Assembly (NCBI RefSeq): GCF_963921235.1
Contig: NC_086109.1
Coordinates: 5,582,001-5,646,000 of the forward strand
Reading direction: 5' to 3'
DNA length: 64,000 bases
DNA from: Mobula hypostoma
Taxonomy: Eukaryota
Made by a program: the position numbers and the translations under genes. The notes under the pieces were generated by a model. That model did not search any database, was not told the origin of the DNA, and was given only the letters and a program-made list of their open reading frames with translations. Below are positions 40,801-51,900 of this stretch, in pieces (position 1 is the first letter of the stretch; the number at the start of each line of letters is the position of its first letter).

Positions 40801-42477
40801 GGAAATACAGTAGGGAATGCATCTTTTAAAAGTTGAGAAAAATACTTCATAGGATTGTTAGATTCAACGGCTTCCCTCACCCCGATCATTCGTAAATTTT
40901 GCCGTCGCATTCTAGATTCCAAGTCAGAGTTTTTAAAAGTCAAAAAGTCAAGTTTCTTCTTCATTACATTAATTGTTTCTTCGATTTTCCCCATCTTAAG
41001 CTCACTTTGTTGCGCGAATTGTTGAAGATCAGATATAGCCGACTGATGTTCCGCAATAAATGTTTGTATCTTATCAATTGAATCGGCAATTTTCTGGAGA
41101 TTAGTTGAGATTTCCGTATGAATCAGGTCTTTAACAGGGCCTGCAATTTCCGTACGAATCATCTCCCTAACAGAGGTTGAAATTTCCCTCTGAATTAACT
41201 CCAATATAGCTTTCAAAGTCACCGGTGATTCAGTCGGGGGGAGATCCGTAGCTTTCGGTTTAACCGGAGGTTTACCATCCTTGCCGTTTTTCCCGTTCTT
41301 AGACATAGCAGATCTAAGTTCCATCCAGTTGTCGGAGAACTCAGTTTAATTCAAAGTATTGTAAGAGTTGATGCCTTAATGGTTAATTAAAGTATAGCTG
41401 ACCATAGAGAAAAAAAAACTCAGAGGTAATGGAGCGAGTCAAGAACGCGACTTCACTCCATGAGCGCTACCGGAAGTCCTCGACTATTTCTGTGACTTGT
41501 CATCATCGTTGCTCTCCACAAGGTGTTGCAGAGCCGCCTTCCTGGCCATTGGGTCTCGCTGGAGTAAGACCACCCACTGCCTCATGCATATTCAGTATGT
41601 AAATCACATCAGTGAAAGTACCAGATTTTATTTGCTGTCTATGAGCTGCAGATGATTGGTGGGGAACAAAGCCCTGGTCAACAGCTGTAATCTTGGATCT
41701 GACTGAACTCGGGGACAGGCTAGAGGCCAGTTTCAGAACATCTTTCAAGAGGATGAACCCTGGCGAGGCATCAGGCCCAGTGGTTGGGTATTGAAAGCCT
41801 GTGCTGACCAAATGGCTGGAATGTTCAAGTGCACAGAACGTGTCTTTAGTCTTCTAATCTTCCTTTAGGAAAGATGTAAATAAGATTGGAAGAGTACAGA
41901 GAAAATTTACAAGGGTATGGTTGGGTCTGGAGGACCAGAGTTATAAGATATAGGTGAGGCCTGTATTCCTTAGAACATAGAGGATTGAGAGGAAATTTGA
42001 TAGTGGTATACAAAATTGAGAGGTATAGATGCAAACAGGTTTTTTCCACTGGGGTTGGGTGGGACTACAGATGTCATGAGTTAAGGGTAAAAGGTGAAAT
42101 GTTTAAGGGAAACTTCACTCGGAGGGTCACAAGAGTGTGGAACAAGCTACCAGTGCAAGTGGTGCAGGCAAGCTTGATTTCAACGGTTAAGCAAAGTTTG
42201 GATAGGTACATGGATGGTAGGGGTATGGAGGGCTGTGATCCAGGTGCAGGTCGATGGGAATAGGCAGTTTAAATGGTCCGGCATGGGCTAGATGGGCCAA
42301 AAGGCCTGTTTCTGTGCTGTTCTTCTCTATGACTTTTAGAACACAGTCCTCCTGTATCATAAAAGAATGAAAGTTTTGCTAATCTCTTGCTCTATCTCTT
42401 CCTAGGAGAAGGAGAGCATTGCCAAGTGCATCGCTGATCTGAAGGTGCTGTCAAAGACTGCTCAGGCAAATGCCTAA
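28800..42477 (+). CDS. ATP5PB: ATP synthase peripheral stalk subunit b, mitochondrial; 7 exons, 753 nt, 250 aa
   Basis: join(28800..28827,33816..33852,34154..34299,35146..35309,35637..35762,38106..38285,42406..42477). All introns are GT-AG and the frame is continuous. Hallmark motifs PPLPEEGGKVRFGLIPEEFFHFLYPKTGVTGPY, LSKEIYV, NWVEKSVIQSITPQQEKESIAKCIADLK. Confidence 0.97.
29163..29333 (+). mobile_element. Penelope-like terminal fragment with inverted 5' copy and 12-bp TSD
   Basis: GTAGAAATGCAT at 29151-29162 and 29334-29345; arms ~29163-29220 and ~29238-29296 are reverse complements. Confidence 0.8.
29770..32200 (+). mobile_element. Degenerate non-LTR retrotransposon, probably Ingi/Vingi (I-group) type, in ATP5PB intron 1
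   Basis: Endonuclease FLGDFNSHH..W; RT GVLQGSVLAPTLFNLYLSDLP and ADDWAI; KWGADQSVLR; C-terminal CPCG...HLVQTCP zinc motif; many frameshifts. Confidence 0.75.
32753..33176 (+). pseudogene. Degenerate partial duplicate of ATP5PB exon 3 plus start of intron 3, split by a ~300-bp repeat insertion
   Basis: 32753-32822 aligns to 34220-34290; 33127-33176 aligns to the exon 3 end, donor and intron 3 start (~34287-34336). Confidence 0.85.
33816..33852 (+). CDS. ATP5PB: ATP5PB exon 2 (GSLLKTSAPIGA)
   Basis: TTTCAG acceptor, GTTAGT donor, 37 nt; links exon 1 and exon 3 in frame. Confidence 0.85.
34154..34299 (+). CDS. ATP5PB: ATP5PB exon 3
   Basis: PVPPLPEEGGKVRFGLIPEEFFHFLYPKTGVT; 146 nt; CAG acceptor, GTCAGT donor. 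Confidence 0.96.
35146..35309 (+). CDS. ATP5PB: ATP5PB exon 4 (transmembrane region)
   Basis: GPYMLGTGLLTYLLSKEIYVVNHETF...FADKLNE; 164 nt. Confidence 0.96.
35637..35762 (+). CDS. ATP5PB: ATP5PB exon 5
   Basis: EKVQKAQEVKDLAIASLTEAIEQENKEQWRIEGRHHLFDAKR; 126 nt; TAG acceptor, GTAAAA donor. Confidence 0.94.
38106..38285 (+). CDS. ATP5PB: ATP5PB exon 6
   Basis: NNVEMILETNYRERL...NWVEKSVIQSITPQQ; 180 nt. Confidence 0.96.
38528..40560 (-). mobile_element. CR1 LINE, 5'-truncated, young, open RT ORF (557 aa), in ATP5PB intron 6
   Basis: KSPGPDGLHP, NYRPVSLTS, YLDFQKAFDKVPH, GVPQGSVLGP, FADDTK; short 3' UTR with TTTCTATG tandem tail. Confidence 0.96.
40774..41481 (-). mobile_element. L1/Tx1-clade element: 5' UTR plus N-terminal ORF1, 3'-truncated, 14-bp TSD
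   Basis: 5' end GAGGACTTCCGGT; ORF1 from 41324 with coiled coil and NSDLESRMRRQNLRMIGVRE...LDRVHR (L1 ORF1p-type motifs); GACTATTTCTGTGA at 40760-40773 and 41482-41495. Confidence 0.88.
42406..42477 (+). CDS. ATP5PB: ATP5PB terminal exon 7
   Basis: EKESIAKCIADLKVLSKTAQANA*; TAA stop; candidate ATTAAA polyA signal at 42592-42597. Confidence 0.95.
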   Translation, partial: EKESIAKCIADLKVLSKTAQANA

Positions 42478-45400
42478 CCTTAGTCCAGAATTACTATCCA
42501 CTTAACTTACTCTCTGTGTGTAACTTTGAAAAGGATCGAATATTCCAACAAACTGCACTGACTGAAATGTTCTGAAAACCTGTGAAGAAACATTAAATGC
42601 AGTGCTGATAAACCTCCACATCGCTCCTGTTTTTCATTACTGTTTATTTGCCATTAATAATTGCAAACAGTAAACTAGCTATAATATTAAAAAATGCTGG
42701 AAACATTCAGCAGGTTAGTCAGCGTCTGTTGAGAGAGAAGCAGTTAATGTTTCTGTTTAAAGATCCTTTGCATTGCAGTTTTTTTAAACTTCTCATATCC
42801 GTGACAAGGCATGTTCAGATGACTAACTTAATAAAAATGTTCAAGATCCAGTTTCTGAACCCACCTGCAATGTAACCTCGGTATTCCATTTTGACATTGA
42901 GTATAATGCTGGAGGAACTCAGCAGCTCAGACAGCATCTATAAAGGGACTAAGTAGTTAAATGGTGAATCTGTGGAATTTGTTGTCACAAGTGGCTGTGG
43001 AGGCCTAGTCATTGGGTGTATTTAAGGCAGAGATTGATAGGTATCTGAGTAGCCAGGGCATCAAAGGTTATGGTGAGAAGGCAGGAGATTGGGACTGAGG
43101 GAAAATGGATCAACCATGATGAAATGGCAGAGCAGACTCGATGGGCCAAATGGCCTACTTCTGGTCCTTTGTCTTATGATCTTATGGAAATGACAGGACA
43201 GACTCGATGGGCCAAATGGTCTAATTCTGCTCCTATACCTTAATTTCATAATATATCAGGACCTGATGAAGGCTTTCAGCCGAAACGTTGACTCTTCTCC
43301 TCCATAGATGCTGACTGACCTGCTGAGTTTGACCATAAAGCCTTGAAATATAGGAACAGAAATTGGGCCATTCATCATGAATCATGGCCACTCACTTTGG
43401 TCATGGCTAAGTTACTTTTCCTCTCAACCTCATTCTCTTGCCTTCTCCCCATAACCTTTCATGCCCTTACTGATCAAGAACCTATTGACTTCCGCTTTAA
43501 ATATACCCAATGACTTGGCCTCCACAGACATCTGTGGCAATTAATCCCACTGATGCACCACCCTCTGGCTAAAGAAACCCTTGTTTTTCTAAACTTCAAT
43601 GTGTACAGGCCCAGAGGCATCAAACACTCCTCCTGTGTTAACCCTGGGATCATTCTTGTGAGCATCCATGCCCTCTGCAATGCCAGCACATCCATTTTTA
43701 GTTAAAGGGCCCAAACCTGCACACATTTCCTCCAGCATTATATATGTGTTGTTCAGGATTTACAGGATCTCTTGTGTTTACTATTGTGAGATTGGTTTCT
43801 TTGTTCGGCTGTTGAGGTGTAAGACAGGAATTTGTATGTGAGCCATTTTGCCAGCAGGTGAATAATGTACTGGAAACTGCAGCACATTCATACAACCATA
43901 CCATGGTAAGGTTCTTGCTAGGGCCATGGTGTAGCACGTAAAATCAAAGAAAACTGAATATTAATTCACCTGCTTCAAGATGATTGACTTAAAATCCACG
44001 AGCAATAATTGCTGCTTTTGACATGTGATACCAAATTTACATTTTAAATATCCTCTGGATGAAGAAATTCCTCCTCATTTCTGTTCTGCAGGGCTGTGTC
44101 TTGTGGGCGTAGACTCTCCCACTTGGAAACATCCTCCACGTGTCCACCCGATCAAGGCCTTTCAATATTCGATACGTTTCGATGAGATCCCCCATTAATC
44201 TCCTGCGCTCCAGCGAGTACAGGCCCAGAGTCATCTCAAATGTTTGCTTGTTTATTTATTTAGGGATGCAGTGAGGAACAGGCCCTTCCAGCACAATGAG
44301 CTGCACCACCCAGCAACCCACCGATTTAACCCTAGCGTACACCCGGGGCAATTTAACATGACCAACTAACAGACTGCATCTTTGGACTGTGGGAGAAAAC
44401 TGGGGCTCCCTGAGGAACAGACACAATCACGTGGAGAACGTGAAAACTTTCTTACAGACGACGCCGGAGTTGAACTCCAAACTCTGACGCCCCGAATTGT
44501 AAAAATGTCGCGCTAACCACTGCACTATCCATGGCACCGAGGTTACAAATGAATCCTAGCTGTCACTGCTGGTCTCGCGTCTCCACCAGTCACAGCACGT
44601 CATCCAGGAGGTGGGATGCAGAGGGAGCGGGTTGAAGGTTGCTCCTGGGAATGATGGCTAGTGGTATGCCACACAGCTGAAAAATGCATCATGCCTAATC
44701 TGCAAATTCATAGATGACACTAAATTATGCATTTTGGAAAGTCAAACCAACACAAGACTATATTAGGGGTGAGAAGGGAGCTGAGGATAAACATTTTCCC
44801 ATTGAGGGTGGTGAGTAGCCATAACAAAGTGCCAGAGGAAATGATTGAGGTGGTATTATTTAAGCATTTGGACATGTTTGGTTTAGAAAACAATGTTAGT
44901 TTTATATATCATCATCATCATTATGTGCCTTGTCGTATGACACAGGCAATCATGGTCTCACCTTAGCAAATTTTACCACAGAAGTGCTTTGCAATTGCCA
45001 CCTTCTGGGGCAGACTTTACAAGACGGGTGACCCCAGCCATTATCAATACTCTTCAGAGTTTGTCAGCCTGGCATCAGTGGTCACGTAACCAGGACTTGT
45101 GATATACACCAGCTGCTCATATGACCATCCACCACCTGCTCCCGTGGCTTCACGTGACCCTGATTGGGGGGCTAAGTGGGTGCTACACCTTGCCCAAGGG
45201 TGACCTGCAGGCTAGTGGAGGGAAGGAGCAACTTACATTTCCTTAGATAGCAATGTATCTCCCCCCCCCCCACGCTTTTACATATACAGCTGTTTTTAGA
45301 TGAGCATGCGTCATTGGGAGGGTGGTGATTGGAAGGATACTGGCCAAATGCAGGAAATTGGGAGTAGGTTGGTGGGTGCCCTGGTTGGCATGAACTGATA

Positions 45401-46339
45401 GGGCCAAAGGACCTGTGTCCATGCTGTATTGCTCGTGACTTTATCTTAACCAGTGCAGTGGTGAATGTTCTGCCATGATAGTGTGTTGCCACCTCTCCAA
45501 GCCATTTCTGAGTTTTGTTACAGCAGTTTCCAAAGGCAGCAATGTCAGAAGACCATAAGATACGAGACACAGCTTCAGAATAGGAGTAGGAACCTTTTTA
45601 GCCAGAGGGTGGCGAATCTGTGGAATTCATTGCCACAGATGGCTGTGGAGGACAAGTCATTGGGTATATATAAAGCAGAAGTTGATATGTTCTTCATTAG
45701 TCAGAACATCAAAGGTTATGGGAAGAATGCAGTAGAATGGGGTTGAGAGTGATAATGAATCAGTGAAGATCGAATGGCGGAGCGAACTGGATGAGCTGCG
45801 TGGCCTAAGTTTGCTCCTATGTCTTATGGTCCTCTGACATTGCTGCCTTTGGAAACTGCTGTAACAAAACTCATGTGCTGCCTACCTCAGGCTCTGTGGA
45901 GTTTAGGATATATATTGTGACTGATGTTCTGCATTGGTACCGGGATCAGATCTAATGTTCGTTTTCTTATTTTTGGGTGGTTGGAGAATGGAGGGCTCTG
46001 GTCCAGCTCCAGGTCGATGGGACCAGGAAAAATAACAGTTTGCCATGGACTAGGTGGGCCAAAGGACCTGCTTCTGCATTATTGTGCTCTGTGATTCTAG
46101 TCTCAAAATTGTGATATTGGCCATCCTATCTTAGTGAAAACTTCACTAGAAGTTCAGTAATGGTTAATTGGCCAGCAATGCCCTGAATTTAATCCTAGCC
46201 AAATCACAGGACAATTTACAATGACCAATTAACGTACCAACCGAAACATCTTTGGACTGTGGGAGGAAACCAGAGCACCCGGTGGAAACCCACGTGGTCA
46301 CAGGGAGAGCGTACAAACTCCTTGAAGGCAGCAGTGGGA

Positions 46340-48260
46340 ACCACCATGAGCTCCCACAGCTCCAAAGATCGTGTGGTTTCAGTCTCTGAGACCGACATGC
46401 GAGCAGCCTTCGGGAGGGTGAACCCACAAAAAGCATCAAGGTCAGCTGGGGTGGCTGGCCGAGTACTAAAGACCTATGCTGATCAGCTGGCTGGAGTGTT
46501 CACTGAGATCTTTAACCTCTCGCTTCGGCAGTCTGAGGTATCCACCTGCTTCAAGCAGGCTTCAGTTATACCGGTGCCTGAGAAGAACATAGTAACCTGC
46601 CGCAAGAGCCGACTGGTGGCGCAGTGAGATCAGCGCCGGACTCTGGAGCCAAAGTTCCCAAGTTCGAATCCAGGTCGGGCCACCTCCGAGCAAGCTTTCT
46701 ATCCGTGTCAGGTTGAGTGTCGAGCTAGCCACTCGGCCTCGTAAAAAATACAAGGGTTGAGTCAGGAACGTTCATAATGTGACCTGGTTAATCCTGACAC
46801 CACGTGCCAGAGAAGAATGGTTGAACATCTGGTACGACACGCTTAAAAAATAACCTGCCTCAATAACTACTGTTCAATGCACAGTGATGGAGTTTTTTGA
46901 GAGTCTGGTGATGAAACATATTCACTCCTGTCTGAGAAGCAGCTGGGATCTGCTCCAATTTGCCTACTGCATCAACAGTCCACAGCAGATGCCATCTCAC
47001 TGGTTCTTCACTTGGTCCTGGGACATCAGGACAGCAAAGATGCATATATCAGGACGCTGCTTATCGATTACCAGTCAGCATTGGATGCCATCGTCCCCTC
47101 AAAACTAATCAATAAGCTTCAAGATCTTGGCCTCAATACCTCCTTGTGCAACTGGATCCTCAGTTTTCTCCCTTGCAGACTCTAGTCAATTCAGATTAGC
47201 AAAAACATCTCCACAATCTCCATCAGCCAAGGTGCACCTCAGGGTTGTGTGCTTAGCCCCCTGCTCTACTCACTTTGCCCTTATGACTGTGAGGCTAAGC
47301 ACAGCTCCAATGCCATTTTCAAGTTTGCTGACGACACCACTGTTGTGGGCTGAATCCAAGGTGGTGACAAATCAGCATATGGGAGGGAGATTGAAAATCT
47401 GGCTGAGTGGTGCCATAACACTCGTAATGGCAGTAAGACCAAGGAGCTGATCATTGACTTCAAGAGGAGGAAGCTGGAGGTCCACGAGCCAGTCCTCACC
47501 AGAGACTTGAGTCGGAGAGGATCCGTAACTTTAAATTCCTTGGTGCTATGGTTTCAGAGGATCTGTCCTCGGCCCAGCACACAACTGCAATTATGAAGAA
47601 AGCAAAGCAGCACCTCTACTTCTCGAGGAGTTTACGATCACTCATCTAAAACTGTGACAAACTTCTATAGGTATGTGGTGGAGAGTATATTGACTGGTTG
47701 TATTACAGCCTGGTATGGAAACACCAAGGCCCTTGAACAGAGAATCCTACAAGAAGTAGTGGGTACAGCCCAGTCCAACACGGGTAAAGCATTGAGCACA
47801 TCTACATGGAGCGCTGTTGCAGGAAAGCAGCATCCATCAACAAGGACCGCCACCGTCCAGGCTGTACTCTCTTCTTGATACTTCCATCAGGAGCCTCAGG
47901 ACTCACACCACCAGGTTCAGGAATAGCTATTACCCATCAACAGTCAGGCTCTTGAACCAGAGGTGATAACTTCACTTGTCCCCTTCACTGAAATGTTCCT
48001 ACAACCAATGGACTCACTTTCAAGGACCCTTCATCTCATGTTCTCAATATTTATTTTGTATGTATTTATTGTTGCTATTATTATGTTCTCTTTTGTATTT
48101 GCACTCTTTTTTTGCACACATTGTTTTTCCGTCCTGTTCGATGTGATCTTTCATTGATTTTATTGTGTTTCTTGGATTTACCGTGTTTACCCATAAGAAA
48201 ATCAAACTCAGGATTGTATATGACGGGATACATTACTTTGATAATAAATTTACTTTGACT
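46340..48260 (+). mobile_element. Rex1/Babar-type LINE 3' portion, degenerate, interrupted by a SINE
   Basis: GRVLKTYADQLAGVFTEIFNLSL...CFKQASVIPVP; KFADDTT-coding region; ESILTGCITAWYG; AT-rich 3' UTR ending ATAAATTTACTTTGA. Confidence 0.85.
46602..46850 (+). mobile_element. tRNA-derived SINE with 9-bp TSD
   Basis: A box TGGCGCAGTG, B box GTTCGAATCC, short A tail; TAACCTGCC at 46593-46601 and 46851-46859. Confidence 0.85.
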
Positions 48261-49755
48261 TTGAGCGAAGCTGAGTGAAGTTATCCCCTCTGGTTCAATG
48301 AATAAGTGACGTGATTCACCTAGCACTGTGACAGCACCTCAAATGTACCACTGAGATCGACAAGGCCAGCAGGCACAGCAGAGAGAATTAGCTGCAGTTC
48401 CTCTCCAAGTCGGTCACCATCCTGACCTGAAACATCTAACTGTGGGTCTAACTCTGAGAAATGGTGCTGCAGCCATTCAATGTAACACACACAAAATGCT
48501 CAAGGAACTCAGCAGGTCAGGCAGCGCCAAAGGAGAAGAATAAACAGTCAACGTTTTGGGCTGAGACCCTTCATCAGGACTGGAAAGGAAGGGGGATGAA
48601 GCCAGAATAAAAAGGTAGGAGGAAGGTGAGGAGACAAGCTGGAAGGTGGTAGTGACACATGGTCGAAGAGTTGAGGGCAGCAGAGATCACCGAGGGGGAG
48701 CGGTGAAAGAGGGCCTCACTGAACTCCAGTCAAAGAAAAGATTTAAACTCCTTCAGGGCAGATGCATCATGTAGAAACTTGGCAGTGGGGTTCCTCCAGC
48801 ATTTTGTGTGCGTTACTCTGGATTTACAGCACCTACACAATCTCCTGTATTCGAGCAGCCATTCAAAGCCAGTTCAGCACTTCAACACTTTCCCCCCAGG
48901 GCAATTAGGGAAGGGCAGTGGAGCAAAGGAGTTGCCAAGAATACATACAATTAGCATAATGAATAAATAGGAGCGGTGCCTGAAATTATATCATCCCTTA
49001 GCCCAGTTCCTGCACATTTCACTTTCAATGTACACTTATTAACATTGTACAGTATTGCCTGTATCTAAATAGTGAAGTTAGATAAGGACTTATCCATTTA
49101 TTGTCCACACTGGACTTGCTTCCCCTCACTTCTTAACAACTCCACTGATGAATGGTCTTGACTGAAACATAGACTATTTGTGCCCCTCTATAGAGGCTGC
49201 CTGACTTGCCGTGTTCCTTCAGTATTTTGTGAGTTGCTGAAGATTTCCAGCACCTGCAGAATCTCTTCTGTTCATTAAAGACTCAAGATTGAAGTTTATT
49301 TATCACAAATTCATCGGAATGTACAGTGAAATACAAGCAGCGCACCCAGGGCAGCCCGCACCTGATGCCACACATTCTACACCAAGATATCATGTCCACA
49401 ACGCTCGGTGGAGCACAGTAATCAACACAACACGCAACAAGACAATCCTTGTTCTTCCTCCCTCTGACATACAGTGTTCAGTCCATATCCTTCAAACTCC
49501 AGACTCCAATAGACCCAGATTCAGAGGCAGATGTGGGCACAGACACACAGACATTGTGCCTTTGACCACTCCAGCTGATCTGCAGAGATTTGCAGGCCCA
49601 TTCCCCTGAAACATCAAAAGCAAATTTATTGCAGGACACACCATTAACATCCAGTATGCTTGAACTTCAGGATATATTACTCAGACATTGACCATTCTGC
49701 CAGTCTGTTGAAATTTGCCTCCGACTGCGGCTCTAGGGATCAGAATTGAGATTCC

Positions 49756-50617
49756 AGCCTGGCACACCTACTCCCACAACTGTGTGGCTAGGCACAGCTC
49801 AGAAGCCATCTATAACTTTGCCAATGACGTAACTGTTGTTGGCAGAATTTCAGACGATGACGAGGAGGGATAGAAGGAGTGAAGTAGATCTGCTGGTTGA
49901 GCTGTGTTGCAACAAAACCTTGCACTCAACGTCAGAAAGACTAACGAATTGATTGTCTTCTTCAGCAAGGGAAAGTCAAGGGAACACACGTCAGTCCTCA
50001 TCTAAGGATCAGCGGTGGAAAGGGTGAGCAATTTCAAGTTCCAGGGTGTCAACATCTCTGAGGATCTATCCTGGGCCCAACATACTGATGCAATTAAAAT
50101 AAACTGCTAAAGTATTTCATTAACAGCTTGAGAAGGCTTGGTATGTCACCAAAGTTACTCGTCAGTTTCTACAGATCTGACATGGAGAGTGTTCTGACTG
50201 GTTGCATCACCGCCTGACATGGAGGAGCAAGGTCAGCCAGCTCCCTCCCCCCAGCATCAAGGACATCTTCAAAAGGCAATGCCTCACATAGGCGGCATCC
50301 ATCATTAAGGACCCCCATCACCCAGGACATACCCTCTTCTCAACAAGGAGGAGGTCCAGGAACCTGAAGGTACACAGTCAATGTTTTAGGAATAGCTTCT
50401 TGCCCTTCACTATCAGATTTCCAAATGGACAATAAACCCATGAACACTACCTCACTATTTTCTTTTTTTGCTCTCTTTTTGCACTACTTAATTAATTTTT
50501 TGCATACATATTTCTATTGTAACTTACAGTTTTTAAAAAAATTATGCATCAAAATTTACTGCTTCCACAAAACTACATATTTCACGACATGCTGGTGATA
50601 TTCAACCTGATTCTGAT
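49756..50617 (+). mobile_element. Rex1/Babar-type LINE 3' fragment
   Basis: Degenerate RT C-terminal region similar to 47280-48260; tail AAACCTGATTCTGA-like. Confidence 0.7.
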
Positions 50618-51366
50618 TGGGACTGTAGAAATGTAGGAACATTCCCAATGTTAACATCCTGCATTTGGGAGTGACAGCAACGGGATAGGTCACAAATTTG
50701 CATTGATAATTCAGCAGAAACACCCATGACAATAAAAAGTTGTCAGTGAGGTTTAGTAAGCCAGTTATGAGGTTATGTCAGGTGTTCTTGGCTAGCTGAG
50801 TGACAAATCTGTTCCTTGCCCCTGGCAAGTTGGAAAACAGTGTCTTCCATCGATAGCGGCAAGGCAAGTTCCTGTCATGTGACTACAAAATCTTTCTCCT
50901 GCAGGTATTATGTCATCAAGAGATAATTTGCCTTTTTATATTTTAATTCTTGCAACATTGCCAGTAAGCAGTCAAGACCATGTCCCATTTCCTTGAGAAT
51001 TTATCAATGACCCTTCCCACAGCACATTATAAAACTTGTTTCTTCCTTCCTGTAAGAGGTGCTGTGGGAAGATGTGATTTCCATGACAATGTGCACACTG
51101 CAAGGGATTTCCAAAGGTCCTGTATTTCCAAAATGCAGCTCAACACCTGAAGATACTCTGCAGACGATGAAATTCTTTGAAGTGTTGGGACTGCAATATG
51201 GAAAATACAGCAGTTGATTTTTGCCCAGCAGAGTCCCTACACAGCTCCTGAATCATCACCAACATCATCATCTCTATGTGCTGTCATATGACATGGGCGA
51301 TCAGAGGAGATCTACTAAACTCTTCAAAACTTTTGTGTGTCTATCCCTTGATGTTGGTCATGGGCA

Positions 51367-51900
51367 TCATGTGCTGTTGACTGTAACTTTTTCTTCCATC
51401 AGTTTTTCCGTCACTGTAAGATGTTTGAGCTTCTCTTTCCTTAATACACGTCCCAGAAATTCCAGCTCCCATTTCCTGATTGATAATACCAGCTCTTCTC
51501 TTGTTCCAAATGTTCGCAACACTCCCTCATTTGTTACGCTGTCCTTCCCTGATATTTGCATCATTCTTCTCAAAAACCGCATTTCTGCAGCTTTGGGTCT
51601 TCCTTCAGTTTGCTTCGATATTGTCCAACGTTTGCTTCCGTACGTTAGTGTGGAATGAACATAGCATCGCAACACTCTGAGTCTCGTACCCATAGAAATT
51701 ATGTTATTCTTTAGTATCTTTCTCAAACGCTTGAAAGTGCATTCAGCAATCCCGATCCTTCTAATTTCAACATCAGCCCTACCATCAGGTGTGTTCGTGC
51801 TCCTCAACTAACTGAACTTCCATGTTTGTTTAATTATTTCGTTGCCCACTTTCAGTTCGCATTCCTGTATTTCCTTCTTCCTGTGACAACCCATGAAGAA
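51367..51900 (-). mobile_element. RTE-clade LINE fragment
   Basis: EIRRIGIAECTFKRL...TRLRVLRCYVHSTLTYGSKRWT...AEMRFLRRM resembles the RTE RT C-terminus. Confidence 0.8.

Noticed and set aside
40575..41324. 249-aa ORF as a domesticated L1TD1-like host gene
   Set aside because: The ORF1 is truncated within the RRM, and the last ~65 codons are read-through into flanking DNA. Nothing indicates an independent gene.
38528..41481. A single chimeric LINE made of L1 ORF1 plus CR1 ORF2
   Set aside because: The L1 piece has its own 14-bp TSD, and ~200 bp of unrelated sequence separates it from the CR1. These are two independent co-oriented insertions.
46607..46682. tRNA gene
   Set aside because: The A and B boxes belong to the head of a TSD-flanked SINE with a body and A tail; no convincing full cloverleaf.
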